DNA of 64,000 nucleotides from a virus: IMG/VR virus record IMGVR_UViG_3300045988_167796, positions 4,032 to 68,031 of that record; one strand, 5' to 3'. Shown piece by piece: positions 49,375 to 59,126 of this stretch (position 1 is its first letter; each line of letters starts with the position of its first letter). The notes under the pieces were generated by a model. It saw only the letters and a program-made list of their open reading frames with translations, ran no database searches and was not told where the DNA came from. The position numbers and the translations under genes were made by a program.

Positions 49375-50460
49375 ATGACCACGACAGAATTAAAAAAATA
49401 TATATATGACAATAAGAAAATAGAGTTTGTATTAGAAGAAATTGGTTGCAGAAATATAGTGTATCATCCTAGAAAAGATTATTACAGTTGTTCAAATGCA
49501 AGAGGCGGTGACTGTAATAATCATGCAGCCATTAATATCAAAAATAATACATATTTAAATTATAGAAATTATACAAGAGATGTGTCTTATGATGATAACG
49601 AAGATTTGATTTCTTTGGTGCAATATAATATGGAAATGGATTTTATGGAAGCGTTTAAATATTTGCATAAAATACTTGGATTAAAATTTGTAGGATATAA
49701 ACCAAAGAAAGAAAAAGATAAATCTTGGTTTGTTTTTACTAGGTATTCTAGCAGAAGAAGAAAGTCGGATATCAGAGATTTTGACCCTATGGATGAAGAA
49801 ATTTTACTAGATTTCGTACCTTATATTCATATAGATATATTTCGTGAAGGAATCATTGGAAAAACAATTAAAAAGTTTGGACTTGGATATTCGTATAAAT
49901 GGAATAGAACAATATTTCCTATTCGTTATTGGCTTGATGGTAGATTAATGGGGTATAACGCGAGAACTTCTATAGAAAATTACGAAGAATTTGATATTAA
50001 GAAATATTATATTACTCCTGGCCTTAAAAAGGAAATCAATTTATATGGATTATGGGAAAATTATTCTGATATCCAAAAAGCCAACTATATTGTTGTATTT
50101 GAGGCTGAAAAATCTGTATTGAAAAGAGATAGTAGAATGGATCCTACAGGTGTTGCTCTTGAAGGACATTTTATGAGTGAAGAACAGGTTAGAATTATTC
50201 TTGGCACAGGAGTTCAAGAAGTTGTTATTGCTATGGATAATGATGTGCCAATAGAAGAAGTGTGGAGTATGTGTGAAAAGTTTTATAGATCTCGTAAAGT
50301 GAGTTATATATGGGATAAATGGGGGATATTGAAAGAAAAAGATAGCCCTGCTGACGCAAGTAACAAAATGTATAATTTCTTATTTAAGTATCGAATCATT
50401 TATGGAGAAAAAGAACATAGAGAATATTTAAAAAGATTGAATAGCAAAAAGAATAAATAG
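49375..50460 (+). CDS. DNA primase (DnaG-like, zinc-binding N-terminus plus TOPRIM)
   Basis: CSNARGGDCNNH zinc motif. TOPRIM glutamate VVFEAEKS and DxD IAMDNDV. Confidence 0.55.
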   Translation: MTTTELKKYIYDNKKIEFVLEEIGCRNIVYHPRKDYYSCSNARGGDCNNHAAINIKNNTYLNYRNYTRDVSYDDNEDLISLVQYNMEMDFMEAFKYLHKILGLKFVGYKPKKEKDKSWFVFTRYSSRRRKSDIRDFDPMDEEILLDFVPYIHIDIFREGIIGKTIKKFGLGYSYKWNRTIFPIRYWLDGRLMGYNARTSIENYEEFDIKKYYITPGLKKEINLYGLWENYSDIQKANYIVVFEAEKSVLKRDSRMDPTGVALEGHFMSEEQVRIILGTGVQEVVIAMDNDVPIEEVWSMCEKFYRSRKVSYIWDKWGILKEKDSPADASNKMYNFLFKYRIIYGEKEHREYLKRLNSKKNK

Positions 50461-50463
50461 CAT

Positions 50464-51651
50464 TTGAGATTAAGTAACGATGAGATTAAAGAGTTGCTCA
50501 GGGAGCTTGGAACAGACAGATTAAATTCGTGGAGCAGAGTTAATTGTGCTCATAATTCTTTATACGAATACTATTTAAAATACGTATTACATAAAAAAGA
50601 AGATCGAGCAGATAGTATATATGTTGTGACCGGAGGTATCGCTCATGACATTATGGAAAAGTTTTATAATTATGAAATAAAACATCATGAAATGATAGAT
50701 GAGTTTGAAGATGGATGGATGACTGCATTTGATATTGCAGATTTGAAATTTAACAGAAGTGATAACGCCAGAAATAATAGTATTGCAGATAAATATTATT
50801 ATGATTTAAAAAACTTCTTTCAAACTCACGAAGAGATAGATAGAAAACAAAATAATATTACTATTGAAGAGTTTATCACAATTAAAATTGGGGACGAGTA
50901 TTATCAGGGGTATATAGACGTTCATTTAGAGGGATCAGATGGTATCCATACAATTTTAGACTGGAAAACATCGTCAATATATAAAGGTGAAAAAGCTAAA
51001 AATGAATGTGGCCAGCTTGTATTATACGCAATTGGTCTTCATCAGAAAGGAGTACCATTTGATAAAATTAGAATTGCCTGGAACTTTTTGAAGTATCAAT
51101 GTGTTACCGTTCAGTCTAAGAAAGGAGTAAAAAAGGTACGAGAAATAGAAAGATGTGAGCTGGGAGATAAGCTGCAGGCAAATGCAAAAATGTGGCTTAA
51201 AGAATTCGGATATGAAGATCAAATGGTTGAATATCTTGATGCACTAGCTCAAACAAATGACATAACAGTTCTTCCGAAAGAAGTACAGGATAAGTATGAA
51301 TTCCATGATTGTTATGTATATGTAGATTTAACAGATGAATTAATTGAGTATTGGACTAATTATATTACAGAAACTATGAAATTAATTCGTTCTAAAGAAT
51401 CAGAATATAAAACACTTATGGATTCAGGTATGTATAAAGAAGCCGATAAAATTTGGTGGGAAGATGAAGAATCTGTAAAGAAGCAAAGTTATTATTTTGC
51501 AAATTTATGTAGTTATTCAGCAAATTTACATAAACCGTATAAAGCTTATTTAGACAAACTTGAATCAGAAAAGAATGGAAGTATTTTTGGCGTGTCTAAA
51601 AACGATGATGAATATGACGAAAATGATTTGTCATGGTTAGAAAATCTGTGA
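50464..51651 (+). CDS. PD-(D/E)XK nuclease (Cas4/RecB-like exonuclease), TTG start
   Basis: GYIDVHLE...ILDWKTSS (D...D/E-x-K core). Confidence 0.5.
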   Translation: MRLSNDEIKELLRELGTDRLNSWSRVNCAHNSLYEYYLKYVLHKKEDRADSIYVVTGGIAHDIMEKFYNYEIKHHEMIDEFEDGWMTAFDIADLKFNRSDNARNNSIADKYYYDLKNFFQTHEEIDRKQNNITIEEFITIKIGDEYYQGYIDVHLEGSDGIHTILDWKTSSIYKGEKAKNECGQLVLYAIGLHQKGVPFDKIRIAWNFLKYQCVTVQSKKGVKKVREIERCELGDKLQANAKMWLKEFGYEDQMVEYLDALAQTNDITVLPKEVQDKYEFHDCYVYVDLTDELIEYWTNYITETMKLIRSKESEYKTLMDSGMYKEADKIWWEDEESVKKQSYYFANLCSYSANLHKPYKAYLDKLESEKNGSIFGVSKNDDEYDENDLSWLENL

Positions 51652-51660
51652 GGTGTTTAA

Positions 51661-51921
51661 ATGAGTAAAGTTGAAGAAGCAATTTTGTCAATTGGTTTTG
51701 AAGATGTCGTACTTTTTGATAATCCGTCATACGAAAATGCTTTTGTTGGAATTAGCAGTGATAATAGAGCGGTTTATAATTATGATAATATGATTGCATG
51801 TCTTATAGAAGAAGACGGAATGGATTACGAAGACGCTGCAGATTTTATTTCTTATAATACAATACGAGCATGTGATTATATAGAAAATGCTCCAATTATT
51901 TATTATCCAGTTGAGGTATGA
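51661..51921 (+). CDS. hypothetical small acidic protein
   Basis: 86-aa ORF. Confidence 0.4.
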   Translation: MSKVEEAILSIGFEDVVLFDNPSYENAFVGISSDNRAVYNYDNMIACLIEEDGMDYEDAADFISYNTIRACDYIENAPIIYYPVEV

Positions 51922-51923
51922 TT

Positions 51924-54900
51924 ATGGATAATTATACAGTTATTCATCTTCATACCGAAGATTCGTTATTGGATAGTTGTACTAATTATAAGCTTTATGT
52001 TGATAAAGCAGCGGAATTAGGTCAAACAGCGATTGCTTTCACAGAGCATGGAAATATATATAATTGGATTGAAAAAAAGATGTACACAAATTCCAAAGGA
52101 TTAAAATATATTCATGGAGTCGAGTGTTATCTTACTGCTTCGCTAGATGAAAAAGTACGTGATAATTATCACACAATTCTTCTTGCAAAGAACTATGAAG
52201 GATTTAAAGAGATAAATCTTCTTGTAGATAAATCTACGCAACCGGATCACTTTTATTATAAACCAAGAATTACATTTGATGAATTCTTTAACATTTCAGA
52301 CAATATTATTAAAATTTCTGCTTGTCTTGCTTCGCCTTTGAATAACTATCCAAATGATGTTACGAAAAGTATCGAAGAACATGTAAAAGAATTAACAGAA
52401 GAACGAGATGAAGAAATAAAAAAAATCAATAAAAAATCTTCTGATCAAAAAGCAGAAAAAGAATGGATTAATTGGATTGAGTCAATACCATCGGATCAGT
52501 CTCCAGAATGTTCATGGTATTATAGAGATATATCTCCTCATGAAGCGTGGTTGGAATATTGTAATGAAAAAGTTAAAGAGATAAATAAAGAATATAATAA
52601 TCAGGTAAAAATAGTTAGAGATTCATCAAAAAATAAAGAGATATATGAAAAACTATTACAGACATATGATTATTATGAGATTCAACCGCATGATTTTCCG
52701 GATCAAAAAAGATATAATGAATTTCTTTATATTGCATCGCAACAATATAACAAGCCGTTAATTGTCGGTACAGATACGCATAGTATTAACTATTATAAAG
52801 CTGAATGCAGAAGTATTTTGCAAAAAGCTAAAAAAATACAATATGCTGATGAAGATAGATTTGATCTTACATATCATTCGTATAAAGAACTCATTGAAAT
52901 GTTTAGAAAGCAGAATTGTAATATTCCATTTGATGTAATTTTACAAGCTATTGAGAACACAAATGTGATGGCAGATTCTGTTGAAGATTTCGTTCTTGAT
53001 ACATCTATTAAGTATCCAAAAGTATGCGATAATGAAGAAGCTGTATTAAAAAATAGGATCATTGAGAAATTAAAATATAAGCTTGATCATGGAATTATAA
53101 AAAAAGAAAATCTTCATAAATATAAAGAAAATATCAAAGAAGAAATGCGTGTATTTAAAAAGATTAATATGGTTGGGTTTATGTTATTCATGTCAGATCT
53201 TGTTTGCTGGTGTTGGGATAACGGAATTCCTGTTGGTCCATGCAGAGGATCTGTTGGAGGTTCTACAGTTGCTTTTATTACAGATATTATTGATGTAGAT
53301 CCAATCGTATGGAATACAATCTTTTCACGATTTGCAAATGAAGACAGAGAAGAAATTGGAGATATTGATCTGGATATCAGCCCTGATCAACGTGATCTTG
53401 TATATCAGCATATTATTGATTCGTTCGGTATTGATAAGACAGCATATATTCTTGCGATAGGTACTATTTCTGATAAAGGAACTATTGATGAAATAGGAAG
53501 AGCATTAGATATTCCTCTTGACGAAGTTGCAATAATTAAGAATAAGTATTCTTCTTACAAAGATACAATTGATTCTACGTCAAGTCGTATCAAAGAAATA
53601 GAAGAGATGTCTGATTTTGAATATATTAAAGATGCAAAAAAAGACTCTCAATTTTATAAGTATAGACGAGACTATGAGAATAAGTTAAAAGAAAATGAAA
53701 AAGCAAAAGCTTTAATGGATGATCTTAAGGAGAATCAATACAGAGAATTATTCTATTATTTTGATGGGCTTAATGGGACGGCAATATCTCAATCAATGCA
53801 TCCGGCAGGAATCGTTGTTGCTCCAATAACGCTTCCGGATCATTATGGGACGTTTTGGAGCGGAGGAAAACGTATTTTATGTATTAACATGGAAGAAATC
53901 CATGACGGAGCTGGTCTTGCTAAATATGATCTGCTTGGTTTAAAAAATATACAGGTTATTAGAAAGTCATGTGAATATGCAGGAATACCATATCCAAGAG
54001 CTTATATGATTAATTGGAATGATAAAAAAGTTTGGAAGGATATGATTATAAGTCCTACTGGTTTGTTCCAGTTCGAACGAGAATACGCCTTTGAAATGCT
54101 TAAAAATTATAAACCACAGTGTATAAATGATATGTCTATTGTGAATGCCAGCCTGCGTCCTTCCGGAGCTTCTTATAGAGATAGGTTGTTGGCAGGAGAA
54201 ATAAATAAAAACCCATCTCCAATTATTGATGAATTACTGAAAGACAATAGAGGATTCTTAATCTTCCAGGAAGATACGATAAAATTTTTACAGAATATAT
54301 GTGGATTTAGCGGATCACATGCAGATAATGTTCGTAGAGCAATTGGACGTAAACAAAAAGAAAGACTTCAAGAGGAACTTCCTAAAATTCTTGATGGATA
54401 TTGTAATATGTCTGACCAGCCAAGAGAAGTAGCTGAAACAGAAGCACAAGACTTTTTAAAAATTCTTGAAGATAGTGCGAGATATCAATTTGGTTACAAT
54501 CATTCTACTGGATATTCAATGATTGGATATATGTGCGCATATTTACGGTTTTATTATCCAGAAGAGTTTATTGCTGCATATTTAAATTGTGCAGGAAATA
54601 ATGATGATATTGTAATGGGAACAGAACTTGCAAAATTAAAAAATGTTGTCATACTGAATATTCAATTTGGAAAGTCCGGATCAGAATACACTGTAGATAA
54701 AAAGAATCACGCATTGTATAAAGGGATTGCATCTATTAAATTCTGTAATGCACAGATAGCAGATGAATTGTTATATTTATCTAAAATTCATTATCAGAAT
54801 TTTGTGCAGCTGTTGTATGATATAAATACTAAGACGTCTGTAGATTCAAGACAGTTAACTATTTTGATAGGTTTAAATTTCTTTGAAGAGTTTGGAAGAA

Positions 54901-55439
54901 ATAAGTATTTATTAGATATAGTAGATATTTATGATAAGTTTGGATCATGTAAACAAATAAAAAAGGATAAAATGGAATCATTAGGTTTAACTGAATATTT
55001 AATGAAAAAATATTCTGGTAAAGAGACAGCAAAAATTTATAAAGAAATTGATAATGCAGGTCTTATTTCAGAGTTATCAAGACGTTTGGAAAATAGAGCA
55101 ATGTCAGTAATTGATCAGGTAAAATTTGAAAAAGAATATCTTCAGTATGTAGTATATACAAATTCAAAAGTAAATCAATACTTTTATATTGTTACTGATT
55201 ATGTTACATACAAAGAAACAAGGAAACCATATTGTGTACTCCATAATATTAAAACAGGAGAAGATATAAAAGCTCGTGTAAATAGTGTTAAAGTATTCCA
55301 ATATAATCCTTTCGGAGAATATTCAATATTGAAAATAAAGAATTTCGATAAAAAGAAAAAGAAAAAATGTGTAAATGGATCATGGGTAGAAACGGATGAA
55401 TTAGAAAATATATTAAGTGATTATGAAGTAATTAAGTAA
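51924..55439 (+). CDS. DNA polymerase III alpha subunit (PHP domain plus Pol IIIa core)
   Basis: N-terminal PHP VIHLHTEDSLLDS...FTEHGN. Pol IIIa signature VGPCRGSVGGSTVAFITDIIDVDPI. ATG 51924 fits SD gaggt. Confidence 0.8.
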   Translation: MDNYTVIHLHTEDSLLDSCTNYKLYVDKAAELGQTAIAFTEHGNIYNWIEKKMYTNSKGLKYIHGVECYLTASLDEKVRDNYHTILLAKNYEGFKEINLLVDKSTQPDHFYYKPRITFDEFFNISDNIIKISACLASPLNNYPNDVTKSIEEHVKELTEERDEEIKKINKKSSDQKAEKEWINWIESIPSDQSPECSWYYRDISPHEAWLEYCNEKVKEINKEYNNQVKIVRDSSKNKEIYEKLLQTYDYYEIQPHDFPDQKRYNEFLYIASQQYNKPLIVGTDTHSINYYKAECRSILQKAKKIQYADEDRFDLTYHSYKELIEMFRKQNCNIPFDVILQAIENTNVMADSVEDFVLDTSIKYPKVCDNEEAVLKNRIIEKLKYKLDHGIIKKENLHKYKENIKEEMRVFKKINMVGFMLFMSDLVCWCWDNGIPVGPCRGSVGGSTVAFITDIIDVDPIVWNTIFSRFANEDREEIGDIDLDISPDQRDLVYQHIIDSFGIDKTAYILAIGTISDKGTIDEIGRALDIPLDEVAIIKNKYSSYKDTIDSTSSRIKEIEEMSDFEYIKDAKKDSQFYKYRRDYENKLKENEKAKALMDDLKENQYRELFYYFDGLNGTAISQSMHPAGIVVAPITLPDHYGTFWSGGKRILCINMEEIHDGAGLAKYDLLGLKNIQVIRKSCEYAGIPYPRAYMINWNDKKVWKDMIISPTGLFQFEREYAFEMLKNYKPQCINDMSIVNASLRPSGASYRDRLLAGEINKNPSPIIDELLKDNRGFLIFQEDTIKFLQNICGFSGSHADNVRRAIGRKQKERLQEELPKILDGYCNMSDQPREVAETEAQDFLKILEDSARYQFGYNHSTGYSMIGYMCAYLRFYYPEEFIAAYLNCAGNNDDIVMGTELAKLKNVVILNIQFGKSGSEYTVDKKNHALYKGIASIKFCNAQIADELLYLSKIHYQNFVQLLYDINTKTSVDSRQLTILIGLNFFEEFGRNKYLLDIVDIYDKFGSCKQIKKDKMESLGLTEYLMKKYSGKETAKIYKEIDNAGLISELSRRLENRAMSVIDQVKFEKEYLQYVVYTNSKVNQYFYIVTDYVTYKETRKPYCVLHNIKTGEDIKARVNSVKVFQYNPFGEYSILKIKNFDKKKKKKCVNGSWVETDELENILSDYEVIK

Positions 55440-55448
55440 GGATAATAT

Positions 55449-57716
55449 ATGAAAGAAAAAAAAGAGATTAAGTTTAATGGAAATATTATAAGATGTACTT
55501 ATAATTCTCCAGATTATAAAGTATATGCTGTGGATGTTGACAGAGACAAGTATCCTGATGTTAAATTTACAAAATATGGAAATGCAACCATATTTGGTAA
55601 TTTGTATGATTTAGTAATACAACAGCCGTACGAAATTACGGCTGTTGAAGAACAAAATAAGTATGGCTATGGATATAAAGTTATTAATATCAGAATGGAT
55701 AAACCACGCAATGAAAACGATGTATATACTTTTCTTCAGGAGATATTAACATTTAACCAGGCATCTGAATTATGGAAAAACTATCCGGACATTATTGATC
55801 GTGTTGTAAATGGTGATACAGATAGTATCGATTTAAATAAGTTAAAAGGTATTAAAGAGTATACATTTGAAAAGATAAAAGCAAAAATACTTCAAAATTA
55901 TGCATTATACGATCTTGTTATTGAGTTTAATGGATTGCTAACGATTTCTACTTTGAATAAACTATACGAAAAGTATTCTTCGGTAGATTTATTAAAACAG
56001 AAATTAAAGGAAGAGCCGTATAAATCTTTGACTATTATCTCAGGTATTGGATTTATTAAAGCAGATTCTATTCTTCTTGAACTTGAGAGATCAAAAAAGA
56101 TAGATTTTGGATTCGATTTAAAAACGAGTAAGCAAAGATGTCATGCTTGCATTACATATCTTCTTGATAAAAATGAAGAGGATGGTAATACAAGAATAGA
56201 TATCAGAGAATTAAGAAAGAAAATTATTCATCAAGTCCCGGCATGTGCAGATCATTTTGTGGATTGCATTAAATCAGAAGATTTTCATTTTGATAAAAAT
56301 AATATATGTGTTTCTAAAAAAAACACATATGAAACAGAAAAATATATTGCAGAACATATTATGGTTGCTTTAGAAAATCCCCAAAAATGGAATATTGATT
56401 ATGATGCATATCAAAATAAAGGTGAATTTACTTTAACAAATGAGCAAGTAGAAGCACTAAAGTGTATATGTAACAATAATATAATGATATTAAATGGATT
56501 TGCTGGGTCGGGAAAAAGTGCTACTTCATCAATGATTATAAAAATGTTAGAAGATTATCACAAATCGTATGTGTTGTTTGCTCCTACAGGTCGTGCTGCT
56601 AAAGTATTAAGTGAATACACTGAACGTCCAGCTTCAACTATACATAGAGGGCTTGGATATATGCCGCCGATATGGGGATATAATGAAGATAATAAACTTC
56701 AAACAGATGTTGTTATTATTGATGAATTTTCAATGACTGATGTGTTTTTGTTCCGTCGTGTAATAGAAGCAGTAGATTTAAAAGTAACAAAAATAATTAT
56801 GATTGGTGATTCCGCTCAGATACCGTCTGTAGGGGCTGGTAGGTTGTTATATGATTTCATTACTTCAAATTTAATTCCGACAGTAACACTAAGTAAGATA
56901 TTTAGATATGGTGAAGGCGGATTAATGACGGTAGCTACTGATGTACGTAATTCACGACAGTATTTATATGATATTACAGAAAAATGTACAACATTTGGAG
57001 AGAAGAAAGATTATGTATTTGTACAGTCATATAATGTTGTGGAAGATACTGTGTCTTTATATCAAAAGCTTTTGAAGAATTATAATCCGGAAGATATTCA
57101 AATTCTAAGTTCATATAATAAAGGTGATTACGGGACTGTTGAAATTAACAAGAGAATACAAAAGATAGCTAATAAGAATGTGGGTTCATCAAATTATGTA
57201 AAATGTGGTGATAACATTTATTATATAGATGATATTGTAATTCAAGTTAGGAATAATTATAAGGCGAAAAAGTATATTTCTGAAGATTATGTAGATGATG
57301 AAGATGACAAAAAGTCAAATGTATTTATTCCTAATGGCATGATAGGTAAAATAACAAATATTTTATCTGGAGGAGTAGTTATAGATTTTGACGGAGTTTC
57401 AATTAAGTATGATAAGTGTGATATCCAAGATATTTCATTGGCGTACAGTATTTCTATACATAAAAGTCAGGGTGGGTCTGCAAAGATTATTATGCTGCTA
57501 ACTCCTCCATCACATGCATATATGCTAAATTCTAATTTAATATATGTAGGACTGACAAGAACGAAGCAGAGATGTTATCATCTTGGAAATTTTGATACTG
57601 TTAATATGGCTATTAAGAAAAAGGAAGATGTTCGTAGAAATACATGGATGTGCGATTTATTGACATTAACACATAATATTAAAAATAATGTTGACAAAAC
57701 AAACGTCATGATGTAA
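55449..57716 (+). CDS. SF1 helicase, RecD-like
   Basis: Walker A GFAGSGKS, Walker B VIIDEFSM, motif VI SIHKSQG. Confidence 0.65.
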   Translation: MKEKKEIKFNGNIIRCTYNSPDYKVYAVDVDRDKYPDVKFTKYGNATIFGNLYDLVIQQPYEITAVEEQNKYGYGYKVINIRMDKPRNENDVYTFLQEILTFNQASELWKNYPDIIDRVVNGDTDSIDLNKLKGIKEYTFEKIKAKILQNYALYDLVIEFNGLLTISTLNKLYEKYSSVDLLKQKLKEEPYKSLTIISGIGFIKADSILLELERSKKIDFGFDLKTSKQRCHACITYLLDKNEEDGNTRIDIRELRKKIIHQVPACADHFVDCIKSEDFHFDKNNICVSKKNTYETEKYIAEHIMVALENPQKWNIDYDAYQNKGEFTLTNEQVEALKCICNNNIMILNGFAGSGKSATSSMIIKMLEDYHKSYVLFAPTGRAAKVLSEYTERPASTIHRGLGYMPPIWGYNEDNKLQTDVVIIDEFSMTDVFLFRRVIEAVDLKVTKIIMIGDSAQIPSVGAGRLLYDFITSNLIPTVTLSKIFRYGEGGLMTVATDVRNSRQYLYDITEKCTTFGEKKDYVFVQSYNVVEDTVSLYQKLLKNYNPEDIQILSSYNKGDYGTVEINKRIQKIANKNVGSSNYVKCGDNIYYIDDIVIQVRNNYKAKKYISEDYVDDEDDKKSNVFIPNGMIGKITNILSGGVVIDFDGVSIKYDKCDIQDISLAYSISIHKSQGGSAKIIMLLTPPSHAYMLNSNLIYVGLTRTKQRCYHLGNFDTVNMAIKKKEDVRRNTWMCDLLTLTHNIKNNVDKTNVMM

Positions 57717-57733
57717 CATATAATATATAATAA

Positions 57734-57747
57734 ATAATATTAAAAGA
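57734..57747 (+). promoter_or_regulatory. AATAATATTAAAAG motif variant
   Basis: Upstream of 57760. Confidence 0.35.
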
Positions 57748-57759
57748 GAGGTACACAAT

Positions 57760-58497
57760 ATGAAAGTATACTTAAAAGAAATGCATTCAATTTTAGATGC
57801 TATCAGAACTATGTATATGAGTAAAAGAACATGGACGCCTGAAAAAGAAGAAGTAATTACAAGAGTTGTAGAAAACTCTACAAATAGATATGGAAAACCT
57901 TATAATTCAGGAACTATTGATGAAGAAACGTTCGAAGATGAATTAAATAAATTGTTTAAATGGGGAAAAAAGCATATTACCATGTTAAGATTCCTGGATT
58001 GCTCTGTTGTTGTTGAAGGACTTCATCGTGGAGGAACAGATGATTTCGATTCTCATGCTAAACGGTTAGAAAATAGAATTATCAGATCTAGTACAAGATT
58101 AGCTGATTATTCTAGTGAAGAAATGTCTGATTGGTATAAAGGAAAGATTGTTCCGACAGATGTAGCGCTTGCATATCTTGGCATTGATACTCCGGAAGAA
58201 CTTGAATATGAAGGTGAGACTTATGTAAGAAGTACAAATGGATATATTAAAAAAGGTATGGAAAATAACAGAGATGTAAAGCGCGGTCTTTATATGCTTT
58301 CTCTTCCAATGACATTTACATTTAAAGTAAATATTATTGAGCTTGCACATATTTACAAAGAAAGAGGAAGTAAAGAAGGAGGAGCGCATGGTACGGCTGC
58401 ACCGGAACTTCAGGAAATGATTGAAGAGCTTGTTAATCAGGTGCAGAATTGGTATCCGCAGATTACTAGAGAGTTACTTTTAAGCATTGAAAATTAG
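57760..58497 (+). CDS. hypothetical protein (nucleotide-metabolism neighbourhood)
   Basis: 245-aa ORF with motif plus SD upstream. No ThyX RHR signature. Confidence 0.4.
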   Translation: MKVYLKEMHSILDAIRTMYMSKRTWTPEKEEVITRVVENSTNRYGKPYNSGTIDEETFEDELNKLFKWGKKHITMLRFLDCSVVVEGLHRGGTDDFDSHAKRLENRIIRSSTRLADYSSEEMSDWYKGKIVPTDVALAYLGIDTPEELEYEGETYVRSTNGYIKKGMENNRDVKRGLYMLSLPMTFTFKVNIIELAHIYKERGSKEGGAHGTAAPELQEMIEELVNQVQNWYPQITRELLLSIEN

Positions 58498-58508
58498 GAG
58501 ATGTAATA

Positions 58509-59093
58509 TTGGAAAATAGTAAGCCAAAGAAGTTTTTGTTTATCGGACGTACAGCATCTGGAAAGTCAAGCATTGCTAAAGCTGTATGTGAAAAAATTGG
58601 TTTAAAGCAGGTTAAGAGTTATACAACTAGACCTGCAAGACCTGGCGAAACGAATGAAAACGCAGATCATTATTTTGTTACCAAAGAAGAATTTGATTTA
58701 ATAATGGCAGAACATCTTGGATGTGTAGCTGCATATACAAAAATTAATGACTTTGAATATTGTACAACAACTGATATCCTTGATAAATCAGATATATATG
58801 TTATTGATCCGGACGGAGTTAATACTTTGAAAAAGAATTGTGGAGATAAGTATGAATTTATTGAAGTGTATTTCAGAGTACCATTTTTACTTTCGTGCCA
58901 GAGATATCAGGAAAGAGGAGGGAATAAATCAAGGGCAGAATTTGTTGCAAGATATGATTCTGAAAGAGAACAATTTGATAAATATGAAAAAGAAAAATCT
59001 TTTCAGTATCATGTGTTAAATGACGGATCTTTTGATGAAAGCGTTGAAAAGGTATGTAAGTTTATTAAAAAGGAACTTGAAAATAACATATGA
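58509..59093 (+). CDS. P-loop nucleotide/nucleoside (or polynucleotide) kinase, TTG start
   Basis: Walker A GRTASGKSS. About 190 aa, kinase-sized. Confidence 0.5.
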   Translation: MENSKPKKFLFIGRTASGKSSIAKAVCEKIGLKQVKSYTTRPARPGETNENADHYFVTKEEFDLIMAEHLGCVAAYTKINDFEYCTTTDILDKSDIYVIDPDGVNTLKKNCGDKYEFIEVYFRVPFLLSCQRYQERGGNKSRAEFVARYDSEREQFDKYEKEKSFQYHVLNDGSFDESVEKVCKFIKKELENNI

Positions 59094-59096
59094 TGA

Positions 59097-59109
59097 GTAA
59101 TATTAAAAA
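59097..59109 (+). promoter_or_regulatory. GTAATATTAAAAA motif variant
   Basis: Upstream of nrdD. Confidence 0.35.
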
Positions 59110-59126
59110 TATAGGAGAAAATTTGT

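Noticed and set aside
57760-58497. Flavin-dependent thymidylate synthase ThyX
   Set aside because: Size and neighbourhood fit, but the RHR...S..R signature is absent (only NRIIRSSTR).
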